DNA of 64,000 bases from an uncultured Planctomycetales bacterium (GTDB taxonomy: Bacteria > Omnitrophota > Gorgyraeia > Zapsychrales > JANLHA01), in assembly GCA_964489065.1 (NCBI GenBank), contig CAZAXH010000001.1, forward strand, positions 21,106 through 85,105. The letters are read 5' to 3'. Under the pieces are notes generated by a model. It saw nothing but the letters and a program-made list of their open reading frames with translations. It was not told where the DNA came from and searched no databases. This document shows, one piece after another, positions 29,965-38,690 of this stretch. Every line of letters starts with the position of its first letter. Position 1 is the first letter of the stretch. Position numbers and translations under genes: made by a program.

Positions 29965-31094
29965 AACTCCTCCTCGCCAGCGGTACCCCGGGATGTCCAT
30001 TCCTTCAAAAAGCGCCGCATACGGCCGTCAAAAACTTCAAAAGTGTATTCCCGCAAGAACTTGAGCCTGGCCTGTTCTCCCATATTCCACCGCCACGCGT
30101 CCTCCTGCATCAAAAATTCAATCTTTTCCGCCAACGCCGGAGCGTCCCCAGGAGGGATCACAAATCCCGTTTGATTAACATCAACAATATCCGGAATCGC
30201 CCCCTCGTCGGTCGTCACCACCGGCAAGCCATACTGCATGGCCTCCAGCAGGACAAGAGGAAAGGTGTCGTTCTGCGTCGGATAAACAAAAATGTCCGCC
30301 GACCTGAAGGCAGCGGCCTTGTCCGCCCCGCCCAGGAAACCAGGAAACGAAACCTCGCGCATCATCCCCTTTTCCTTTGCCCAAAGAGACAAATCCTTTC
30401 GGCTGACGTCAAAATCGCCTCCGGCGATACAAAGACGGAAGGGCAGTCCCTTCTCTTTCAGGTTGAAAGCAGCCTCCATCACGGTCCCTATCCCCTTGCT
30501 CCTCACCAAATTTCCCAAGAACAGAATCGTGAAAAGATGCGGCCTTTTCCTTTCTTCCCGGAGCTCCTCCCATTCCTCCTCCGGACAGGCCAAAGCCACC
30601 CCGTTGGGAACGACAGCCACCTGCGAACGGGAAACATAAGCTTGAATATCCGGATAAAGGCTCTCCGAAAGAAGAATCACCCGGGTGGCGGAAAAACAGT
30701 TTTTATATAAAAACCTCCACAACACACCCTGCCGGGAACGGACTCCCTTCCCGTGTAAATGATAGACCAGCCTCGCCCGGAAGGCCTTCACGACAAAAAC
30801 CAAAAACAGATCTTTCAAGAATCCGATTCCCGTCGGGGTAAGCGTCATATAAACGAGAGCGGGCCGTTTTCTCCGCATCATCCGTGCCAGTCTTGCGGCT
30901 AGAAGGATCGCGCCAATGGCCTTGCGCCAGGAAAAACGGTTGATCTCTTTCATCCGGGAAGATGTGTTGAGCGGCAAGACCTCGCAAGAAAATTCCGTTT
31001 GAAGGCCAGGGCTGGCCAAGAGGGCCTCATTCACCGCCGCCGGACCTATCCAGGGAGGAGGCAGGTGAACCAAAAAAAGGATTAACGGTTTCAT
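29952..31094 (-). CDS. Glycosyltransferase family 4
   Basis: GT-B with C-terminal ...FVYPTQNDTFPLVLLEAMQYGLPVVTTDEGAIPDIV... (E-x7-E motif). The start is taken at MKPLILFLV (31094). Confidence 0.8.
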   Translation of the reverse strand: MKPLILFLVHLPPPWIGPAAVNEALLASPGLQTEFSCEVLPLNTSSRMKEINRFSWRKAIGAILLAARLARMMRRKRPALVYMTLTPTGIGFLKDLFLVFVVKAFRARLVYHLHGKGVRSRQGVLWRFLYKNCFSATRVILLSESLYPDIQAYVSRSQVAVVPNGVALACPEEEWEELREERKRPHLFTILFLGNLVRSKGIGTVMEAAFNLKEKGLPFRLCIAGGDFDVSRKDLSLWAKEKGMMREVSFPGFLGGADKAAAFRSADIFVYPTQNDTFPLVLLEAMQYGLPVVTTDEGAIPDIVDVNQTGFVIPPGDAPALAEKIEFLMQEDAWRWNMGEQARLKFLREYTFEVFDGRMRRFLKEWTSRGTAGEEELCAG

Positions 31095-33049
31095 CGCGTT
31101 TCGCCGGGTTGTCCCAACGGCCGTGTCTCCGATGGACGAGAGACAAGGGACCACAATCCGGCCAGGTTCCCGGCCAACCGGTCAAAATAAATTCTCTTGT
31201 TCCGGGACAGCGCCATATACAGATTTTCCAACATCTGCCCGAAAGAAGACCACAAAAAAAGAAGTTTAGAAAATTCCTTAAATTTCCTGACGATATAAAA
31301 ACGGTTCACGATCTGCATTTTCCCGAAAAGGACATGGTCATTGCCTTCGGTATAATCCTTAATATGCTGCACCCGGGCCTCCGCAATCACAGCGAGCTTA
31401 TACGCCTTGCCCACATTATAACTGAAATCCAGGTCCTCCCCGTATCCGTAGCCTTCAAACCATTCGTCAAACCGGTACCGCTGAAAGATCTCCCGGCGCC
31501 AGACCGTCGCCCCCCCGAAAATCCAATCCGTAAAGATACTGTCATCCACCGGAGACAGCATGGCGCCGTAGCCGGACCGCATAATCCGACCTTTGGCTTC
31601 GCTTCCGGTCAAAAAAATCTTTTTCATAAAAGACGTCTTCCTCTTTTCCACATTGATAATGTTAAAAGCCGCCCCGCCCACCTCTTCCCCATTCTCTTCC
31701 CAGAACTGCAGCATATTTCGCAGGGCGCCGTCTTCCAGAATAATGTCATCGTCAAAAAAGCAGACCAGATTCACATCGGCCGCGACATGAGCCAGCCCCT
31801 GATTTTTCTGCTTGGTCAGGCAGGCATGGGAAGCCCGGACATAATAAATGGATAACTGGGGGAATCCCTCCACAAGATCTGCCACAGGTACATTCCCTCC
31901 GTCCACAATAATAATCTGCGCGATCAAATCTTTCTGAGGCACCGCACTCTCCAGAAAACGCGCGAGCACACGGCTCCGGTCGGCGGTAGGAATAATCAGG
32001 GCCATCCGCAAGGGAGCGGGCTTGCGGCCGTTATAATGCAGGCACACCGCCAGTGAGGGCGGTTTCGGGTTCAGATAAAACATGCGGGACGTGATCAACC
32101 GCAGTTTTAAATACTGGGTAAACCGTGAAGGGTATTTATGAAAAATCAACACCCCGAAGAAGCACCCCCAGGTCCTTAAGTTAAGCGGAAAAACCCGCAA
32201 GGACTGAAGAAATTCCCGGACAGCCAGCCGATAATTATCCTGCTGCCAGAGGCGCATCGCCTGCTGGCTGATTGACTGGGCCCGGAATTTCCGGTCATAC
32301 CAGAACGCGTAACGCCGCAACTTGGTTTTGACCTGCGCCAAGCCGACCGGATGGCTGCGGATCTTTTTACGGTGGACCTGGTTGGCGATCCAAAAATATT
32401 GCAGCTGCTCGACGGAACGTTCCGAGCTGATCCGCCCCCAACGGTAATCCAACAAAATTTCCTCCACCACCCCGACCCGGCCTTTCTGCTGGAGGCGCAG
32501 CCAGCAGTCATAGTCCTGGCTCACCGGGAAGTCAGGGGAATATCCGCCGATGCTTCTCAAGGCCTCCATGCGCCCGCACCAGGCTGAATGAGCCGGACGG
32601 GACCAGGGGCGATTAAAATAATCTGCGGGACAGGAGGAATGAATCGGCTGACCATCATTATTGATAATCCGGATCCAGGTCCCGACCAAAACCGTTGTCG
32701 GATACCGCAAGAGATATTCCACTTCTTTCATAATCCTCTCGGGATAAGCCCGGTCATCGCTGTCCATGCGGGCAAAGAAAACCCCCCGGGCCTGCGGGAT
32801 CAACGTGTTGAGCGCCCGGGCCAGGCCCACCCCGGGCCCCCGGAAGACTCTGATCCGGCTATCCGCCCGGGCCTGCTGAAGCAGCCATTCATAATTAGCG
32901 CAAGACAGAGAGCCGTCATCCATAATCAGGAATTCCCAATGCGTGTATATCTGACGGCAGATGCTCTCCACCGCTTCTTTCAGGTAAAGAGGGTTTTCAT
33001 CCCTGGTCGCCATCAGGACGCTCACCAAAGGCCAATCTCTCTTCGTCAT
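31091..33049 (-). CDS. Tandem two-domain family-2 glycosyltransferase
   Basis: Two GT-A modules. The first is VSVLMATRDE...MDSDD; the second is ALIIPTADRSRVL...IIIVDGG...FFDDD. The ORF extends to 33163, but the likely start is MTKRDW (33049). The upstream part lies in a repeated non-coding element. Confidence 0.75.
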   Translation of the reverse strand: MTKRDWPLVSVLMATRDENPLYLKEAVESICRQIYTHWEFLIMDDGSLSCANYEWLLQQARADSRIRVFRGPGVGLARALNTLIPQARGVFFARMDSDDRAYPERIMKEVEYLLRYPTTVLVGTWIRIINNDGQPIHSSCPADYFNRPWSRPAHSAWCGRMEALRSIGGYSPDFPVSQDYDCWLRLQQKGRVGVVEEILLDYRWGRISSERSVEQLQYFWIANQVHRKKIRSHPVGLAQVKTKLRRYAFWYDRKFRAQSISQQAMRLWQQDNYRLAVREFLQSLRVFPLNLRTWGCFFGVLIFHKYPSRFTQYLKLRLITSRMFYLNPKPPSLAVCLHYNGRKPAPLRMALIIPTADRSRVLARFLESAVPQKDLIAQIIIVDGGNVPVADLVEGFPQLSIYYVRASHACLTKQKNQGLAHVAADVNLVCFFDDDIILEDGALRNMLQFWEENGEEVGGAAFNIINVEKRKTSFMKKIFLTGSEAKGRIMRSGYGAMLSPVDDSIFTDWIFGGATVWRREIFQRYRFDEWFEGYGYGEDLDFSYNVGKAYKLAVIAEARVQHIKDYTEGNDHVLFGKMQIVNRFYIVRKFKEFSKLLFLWSSFGQMLENLYMALSRNKRIYFDRLAGNLAGLWSLVSRPSETRPLGQPGETR

Positions 33050-33080
33050 AACTCTTTTTCTCCCTGACAAGGGAACCCCC

Positions 33081-33240
33081 CGCCCATAGGCGTGGCCCCC
33101 AGAAACAATGCGCTCCGCGGAATAATCTGCTTCGTAACATACGCGCGGAGATCCCCGGAGCAACAGACCTTATTAACCTCCCGCGTTCATCCACGGGCAT
33201 GCCCGTGGTCGTCTGCAAAGGCGGATAAAAATCCATGTCA
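33081..33240. repeat. Copy A of a ~150-nt repeated leader element (second copy at 59929-60080)
   Basis: Direct alignment of the two regions shows long identical runs (caat.cgct.cgcggaat.atc..gcttc.taaca.acg.g......ccccg.a...aga.gaccttattaacct..cgc.ttcatcc.cgggcat.ccc). Identity is about 72% over ~150 nt. The core contains an 18-nt perfect palindrome ccacgggcatgcccgtgg (33191-33208). Confidence 0.6.
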
Positions 33241-35650
33241 GAAAAGCCATGGAAATAACCATTCCCCATTTAAAAACCGCGGGCCGAAAAACAAACCGGA
33301 CCGTATGCTCTCCAGCCGGGACGCCCACCGCCCACATGCACCCGTTGGCTTTCAGTAAATTTTCCCGCCGGCCGTCCACATAACAGGCCCACCCCGGATA
33401 CCACGTATTGCTGACGACCAGAAACCCGGCCCGCGGGCTGCTGACGCGATAAGCGATTTCTTCCGGAGCGTAACGCTCCGGAAGAATGCTGCTTGTCCCG
33501 GGTGCACCCTCTTTTTCCGCAGGATAAACATGTTGCCCTGGCTCCGGGGATAAAAACACCTTGTTTCCGGGGCAGACCCGGCCGTCATAAAAACCAGCCC
33601 AAAAATCCCTCTCCGGCATAACGCCGGAATCATATCTGAAAAAAGCCCGCGAGACAAAAAGATCATTCCGGTATATCCTGATCCCTCCCTCTCCTTCCCA
33701 CACCAAATGGAAATGCGCGTCATGAAGAGGGGTGTCTTCGTGAGTCAAAATATATTTCACGTTACACAGCCCTAACACTTCCGGGTCAAGCCCGCGCGCC
33801 AGGCTGCGGACCGTTCTGGGCTCCACGCTTTCATAGCCGTTGATCGTTTCAATCCCATACATAGAAAGGATATTCGGGGAATAAATCGGCTTATAATTTC
33901 TACTCATGTTATAAATCAAAACTCGGTATAAATCCTGATCTTTTTTCAAAAAATGCACGGATGAAGTCGATGGGTACAACGGGGACTCCCGGGAATCCGT
34001 CATCGGAAGCCAGTCCCGGGCGAAAAACGCGAGCTGCAACACGTTAAGAACAAGAATACCGGCCATAAAAGCCGGGTTCCTCAGGCGGCCCTGAAGATGG
34101 CCCCAAAGCAAAGCCAATCCCAGGAACATCGTTATTAACGGAAATAACATGTGCGGCGATGAAAAACGGAAATGCTCCAGGAGCTTCTCCACCCGGCTGA
34201 AATACCACGGTTGGTTTCCGGCTTGCAGGTTCGCCATCTGCATATGATTTTTCACGTAATCCATGGCCAGGTTATGCACCTGACCATAGTGCGTCAGAAG
34301 TAAAAAATTGGCGACCCCCAGTGCCGTGACCACTCCCAAAAAGACGGCAAAAAACTTTTTGACAAAAGGGCGGAACACTCCGCGGTCTTTTTGACCCAAA
34401 TAAAAAGACAGGCCAAAGGCAGACAGCACGCTCATGGCGAAAATATAAACGATAAAGAACCGATGATAAACATATTTGAGAAACGGAGTCAGCAACGGGA
34501 CGCCGATCCCCAGGGTCGCGATTCCCCAATAAACGAGAATCCTTTTATCTTGCCGGATCCCTTTGACGCTGAACACACCGAAAACAAACGGCAAAAACCC
34601 GATAAACCCGTTATAAAACATCATCGTCGTGGAGGCCAGTTTAGTTAAATCAAACGCGCGGACGTTCCCGGCCAACTGGGGAAAAACAAAACTTATCAAC
34701 CCGACAATACCCCAAAACCTCTGACTCAAAGGGACCGGCCCCTGCCCGACCTGCGCCCACTGTCCGTTTTGAAAAACATCGTAATAAAACAGCTCCAGAG
34801 TCGGAGCCAGCATCACCGCCGCGCTCCCCACGGCCAGGGCAGAAATCATCACAAACCGTTTGAGTACCGTCCTTGCCGGCGGGCGCGGCCCGCCGGCAAG
34901 CCACCCCAGGACCGCATACGCCAAAGTCAAAAACACCAAAAAACTCATCGTCTGAACAGAAGACGCCAACATCGCTATTCCCAGAAACAAACCGCATGCG
35001 GCGATATCCCTCTCCCTTCCCTCTCCCGGCTTGAGACTCCGATCCAAAAACAGGATCACCAGCGGCATCCAACAAAACGGGCCCAGAATCCAGGGGAAAA
35101 AAGCCGTGGTGACAAACATGCTATTCAGCATATAGGAAAGGCCGCCCATCAGAGCCGCTTCCCAGACAAGACCGTAATGCCTGAGCAGACCGGACATCGA
35201 CAAACCGGCGATCAGAAGCAGCGAGAAAATCTGCCAGAAATAAGCCCGTTCGACCGGGAAACCCAGCAGATAGATAATATTCGTCACATCAAAATTCCCG
35301 GCCATCGTCAGCGCATATTGCGGAAATCCCCCCAGGATAAACGGATTCCAGTAGGCGCCGCGGCCTGACTGCCAGGCGGTTTGCATGAATTTCTTATACG
35401 GCAAATACTGCACCACCACATCATTTAGAAAATGATTATACACCTGGGTGGATTTGGCCTGGGCGTACGGGAGGATCAGGGTGTTCAGCAAATCTCCGGG
35501 GAAAAGATTCTTGTCCCCTTTGAGGACAGGGACAAACAGGAGGGCCAGCATCAACACGAAAAACGTGAAAGCGCCCGGCCAGCCCCGCAATTTTTTGTCA
35601 AAAAAAACATTCTCTCTCATGAATAAATCAAACGCTCTCTTTAGTTTCAT
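33173..35650 (-). CDS. YfhO-family membrane glycosyltransferase (GT-C)
   Basis: 825 aa, with the typical YfhO N-terminal region (FVPVLKGDKNLFPGDLLNTLILPYAQ...QYLPYKKFMQTAWQSG) and more than 12 transmembrane helices. Its last ~22 codons lie within repeat copy A. Confidence 0.75.
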   Translation of the reverse strand: MKLKRAFDLFMRENVFFDKKLRGWPGAFTFFVLMLALLFVPVLKGDKNLFPGDLLNTLILPYAQAKSTQVYNHFLNDVVVQYLPYKKFMQTAWQSGRGAYWNPFILGGFPQYALTMAGNFDVTNIIYLLGFPVERAYFWQIFSLLLIAGLSMSGLLRHYGLVWEAALMGGLSYMLNSMFVTTAFFPWILGPFCWMPLVILFLDRSLKPGEGRERDIAACGLFLGIAMLASSVQTMSFLVFLTLAYAVLGWLAGGPRPPARTVLKRFVMISALAVGSAAVMLAPTLELFYYDVFQNGQWAQVGQGPVPLSQRFWGIVGLISFVFPQLAGNVRAFDLTKLASTTMMFYNGFIGFLPFVFGVFSVKGIRQDKRILVYWGIATLGIGVPLLTPFLKYVYHRFFIVYIFAMSVLSAFGLSFYLGQKDRGVFRPFVKKFFAVFLGVVTALGVANFLLLTHYGQVHNLAMDYVKNHMQMANLQAGNQPWYFSRVEKLLEHFRFSSPHMLFPLITMFLGLALLWGHLQGRLRNPAFMAGILVLNVLQLAFFARDWLPMTDSRESPLYPSTSSVHFLKKDQDLYRVLIYNMSRNYKPIYSPNILSMYGIETINGYESVEPRTVRSLARGLDPEVLGLCNVKYILTHEDTPLHDAHFHLVWEGEGGIRIYRNDLFVSRAFFRYDSGVMPERDFWAGFYDGRVCPGNKVFLSPEPGQHVYPAEKEGAPGTSSILPERYAPEEIAYRVSSPRAGFLVVSNTWYPGWACYVDGRRENLLKANGCMWAVGVPAGEHTVRFVFRPAVFKWGMVISMAFLTWIFIRLCRRPRACPWMNAGG

Positions 35651-35681
35651 CCATTTTGATTCCAGAGGATCAAATTTCAGG

Positions 35682-37256
35682 TCAACGCCGAACCCAAGAC
35701 ACGTCCTTACCGTAGGCCCACGTCAGCCCTAAAAGACACCAAAACGGGATGGCAAAGAAAGGAAGTTCCAGCGTAACGAGGAAGTTCGCGACCACAATCC
35801 AATACACTAAAATGGCCACTAAAAAAAAACCGGTCGTGTCACTGGCCCGGCTGAACCGCAATGTCAGATAGATCACCGCCCACAGAAGCAAGGAAATCAT
35901 CCCCAGCCCCAGCCACCCCGCCCGGTAAAAAATGTGCACATAAGAGTTGTGCGGCTCCATCCAGCCGACACTTTCTAACTCCATCCTGTTCCAGCCCATA
36001 ATTTCAATGCTGGAGGAACGGAAGGGTTTCCCAAAATGCATGCCGAAAACCGGCTGCGTCCGGGACACATCCCTCAACATGTCCCGCCACACCAATAACC
36101 GCCACAGGATGTTATTCGTCGGCTCATTGGAAAAAGGCCGCTTTTCTTCATGAACGCCCTCTCCCTCTGCCGTCAGAGCAGCCAGTGTTTCCGGTGAATC
36201 GGGGACCGCAGAAGAAGCCGAATCCGGAACCGCAGAAGAAGCCGCAACCAAGACGGGCTCCCCGGAATCCTTGACCGGAACAGGCGCAACTATCTCTTGT
36301 TTTATCTTTTTCAACATGACGACCGTGTCTGTTTCTAAAATCCTACCGTCATCATTCATAAAATCCACCGTCGTATCTTTAGCATATAATTGGACAGGAA
36401 CATCCCGCATGACATAACCTGACTGCTGCTCCCGGATGTACTGGTCAGCTTCCTTAAACTGCGCCACCAGGGATTTGATCCGCGTCACGCTGGCGATTTC
36501 TTCCGGGCGGCTGAACGTTCCCACTAAAAGCACAGCCACGGCCACAAAAATTATGCCTCCCAGAACAATCCTTAAAAAACGGACTTTGGTCATGTGCTGA
36601 ATCAGCTTTAAGCCCGAAAAGACCCCCAGCCCGATGAAACAGGCCAAGATGTTAGCCCGGGAACTGCTCAAAAGCGTCAAGTATGGCAGAAACAGCAGCA
36701 AAAAACCTACCAGGAACCACCGGATTTCGGCAAACCGCACACGAGAGATCAGGACCAGGCTTAAAAAAACATAGCTGAACATAAAATATGTGTAACAGTG
36801 CATAGAGCGGATGACTAAGAAGGTCAACAGAAAAATCAGCAGTATCGTATTGATAACCGGATTAAAAAATTTCTTATTATAAAAAGATGCGGCAAACCAG
36901 GAAAAAAACGCATAATAAAATAACGCCGCGTTCCGCAAAGCCAACGCACCGTGTTCCTGATATCCGATAAAAACCTTCAGAAAGATGAAAATCCCGAGAA
37001 CGGCAGCCCCCCCCCTATACAAAGAGAGCGGGGGACGGAAATCCGGGAACCCCCGGACGGCTTCCTTTCCTATCCAGAGCAGAAAACAGAAAACGAGCAG
37101 AACCTCGCCGACAAAAACAGGAAAAGGGAGAAAAGGAAGTTGAAGGTGAAGCTGCGCAAAGGACCGATTAAAAAGGGAATACCCGGCGGCGAAAAAACAC
37201 AGCGCGCTCAGCGCAACATAATCCAGGATATCCAAAAAAGAAGCCCGATTATTCAT
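35682..37256 (-). CDS. O-antigen ligase / polymerase family (Wzy_C) membrane protein
   Basis: 524 aa, polytopic. It has ...WMEPHNSYVHIFYRAGWLGLGMISLLLW... and a long periplasmic loop. Confidence 0.6.
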   Translation of the reverse strand: MNNRASFLDILDYVALSALCFFAAGYSLFNRSFAQLHLQLPFLPFPVFVGEVLLVFCFLLWIGKEAVRGFPDFRPPLSLYRGGAAVLGIFIFLKVFIGYQEHGALALRNAALFYYAFFSWFAASFYNKKFFNPVINTILLIFLLTFLVIRSMHCYTYFMFSYVFLSLVLISRVRFAEIRWFLVGFLLLFLPYLTLLSSSRANILACFIGLGVFSGLKLIQHMTKVRFLRIVLGGIIFVAVAVLLVGTFSRPEEIASVTRIKSLVAQFKEADQYIREQQSGYVMRDVPVQLYAKDTTVDFMNDDGRILETDTVVMLKKIKQEIVAPVPVKDSGEPVLVAASSAVPDSASSAVPDSPETLAALTAEGEGVHEEKRPFSNEPTNNILWRLLVWRDMLRDVSRTQPVFGMHFGKPFRSSSIEIMGWNRMELESVGWMEPHNSYVHIFYRAGWLGLGMISLLLWAVIYLTLRFSRASDTTGFFLVAILVYWIVVANFLVTLELPFFAIPFWCLLGLTWAYGKDVSWVRR

Positions 37257-37291
37257 TCAAATAGCCATCCGGAGGCAAGACACAAGAAGCA

Positions 37292-37978
37292 TCATCGGAC
37301 ACGCATCTTGAGCATCAGCCCCATAATTTTAAAACCGTCTTTTAACGCGCTTAATTTAGACCGGCTCCCTTCCGGCCGCTTGCGATAAATAACTGGAGGC
37401 TCCTCGACACGAAGGCTGTTCTTAACGGCCTTCGCCGTAATTTCGGTTTCTATTTCAAAACCTTTGCTGGTAAAATTCATTTTTCGCGCCGCCTCAGAGG
37501 ACAGGGCGCGATAGCCGGACAGGATATCGGAAAACCTGGTCCCATACAATAAATTGAAAAAAGAACAAATCATCTTGTTCCCCAAAACACGATGCTGACG
37601 CCAGACCTCGCTGTTGGCCGCGTTCAAACGGTTTCCCACGACCATATCGGCCCGGCCTGCCAAAATGGGGTCAATGATCTTTCGGATATCAGACGCGCTG
37701 TACGTCGCGTCGCCGTCAACCGTAACATAAACATCCGCTTCAATTTTTTCAAACGCAATCTGCATGACACTCCCTTTTCCCTGGGTATGTTCACGCATCA
37801 CCGTCGCGCCCGCAAGCTCGGCCACATCGCACGTGCGGTCTGTAGAACAATTATCTACAACAAAAACCTCGGCCTCAGGTAGAGTGTCTTTAAAATCCCG
37901 AACCACGTCCCCGATGGTCAATTCTTCGTTAAAACAAGGAACAATGATCGCTATGCGCGGCGAGGGCGAACGCTTCAT
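37292..37978 (-). CDS. Family-2 glycosyltransferase, polyprenol-phosphate sugar transferase-like (DPM1/CsbB/GtrB type)
   Basis: 228 aa. IAIIVPCFNEELTIGDVVRDF...VFVVDNCSTD...VTVDGDATY matches the GT-A polyisoprenyl-phosphate glycosyltransferase pattern. Confidence 0.7.
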   Translation of the reverse strand: MKRSPSPRIAIIVPCFNEELTIGDVVRDFKDTLPEAEVFVVDNCSTDRTCDVAELAGATVMREHTQGKGSVMQIAFEKIEADVYVTVDGDATYSASDIRKIIDPILAGRADMVVGNRLNAANSEVWRQHRVLGNKMICSFFNLLYGTRFSDILSGYRALSSEAARKMNFTSKGFEIETEITAKAVKNSLRVEEPPVIYRKRPEGSRSKLSALKDGFKIMGLMLKMRVR

Positions 37979-38690
37979 CCGTCTTTTCCTTTCTTGCTTC
38001 CCGGCCGACAGCAGCCAGGCAGTAAAGTTCCCCGAATTTCCTCTCGCATATCAGGATATCCAGTCCCACCGCTTTCAATTCCGCGGCAAGGGTTTCATCC
38101 GTATATTCAATCTCATGCGTCGGATCCAGCCGCCACTCCAACCCGGCTTCCCTTTTATACAAAGTAATCCAATCCCGGTCAATGACCGGCACCCGGATTA
38201 AAAGCCGTGTCGTTCTTCGCAAAAGGGCCTGCAGAAAAGCCGGCCGGTCAACAATATGTTCCAGGACATTCGACAGCACAACCGCGTCAAAAACCCTGTC
38301 CCCCAGGCAGTCCGGCGCCTTCCCCACAACATATTCAATGTTGCCCAAATCATAATGCGCCCGGGCTTCCGCGATATTGGCCGGGTTTTTATCGACCGCG
38401 ACAATCTGATGACAAGAGCAGGCCAGGTCGTAGGTCAAGGCCCCGTTGCCGCACCCGACATCCAAGACAATCCAGTCTTTCTGAACATGATCAACAAACC
38501 ACTTATGGTAATTAATAAGCCGGTGCTTGGGGTGAAGGCCGCCCGGCTCCAGGCAACAGGAGAACCGTCCGGCATACCGGTAAGCAAGGTTATGCAGCTG
38601 CAAGGACCGGCGGACGATAAACCGGGCAAAAGGCTTATGGCAAAAAACAGCGATGAGTATCTTCTTAACAACCTGACTTAATGTTCGCAT
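37929..38690 (-). CDS. Class I SAM-dependent methyltransferase
   Basis: Motif I VLDVGCGNGALTYDL and post-I VDKNP. The start is taken at MRTLSQ (38690). Confidence 0.75.
   Translation of the reverse strand: MRTLSQVVKKILIAVFCHKPFARFIVRRSLQLHNLAYRYAGRFSCCLEPGGLHPKHRLINYHKWFVDHVQKDWIVLDVGCGNGALTYDLACSCHQIVAVDKNPANIAEARAHYDLGNIEYVVGKAPDCLGDRVFDAVVLSNVLEHIVDRPAFLQALLRRTTRLLIRVPVIDRDWITLYKREAGLEWRLDPTHEIEYTDETLAAELKAVGLDILICERKFGELYCLAAVGREARKEKTDEAFALAAHSDHCSLF

Noticed and set aside
33092-33358. Plus-strand ORFs (33092-33358 and 59845-60177) spanning the two repeat copies. They could encode a conserved small protein, with partly similar translations ...TLLTSRVHPRACPWSSAKADKNP vs ...TLLTFRFHPRAYPRSSAKRDENY.
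   Set aside because: Outside the most identical nucleotide block, the amino-acid sequences diverge as fast as or faster than the DNA. There is no start-proximal RBS and no consistent length. Copy A is antisense to the YfhO coding end. The similarity is best explained at the nucleotide level.
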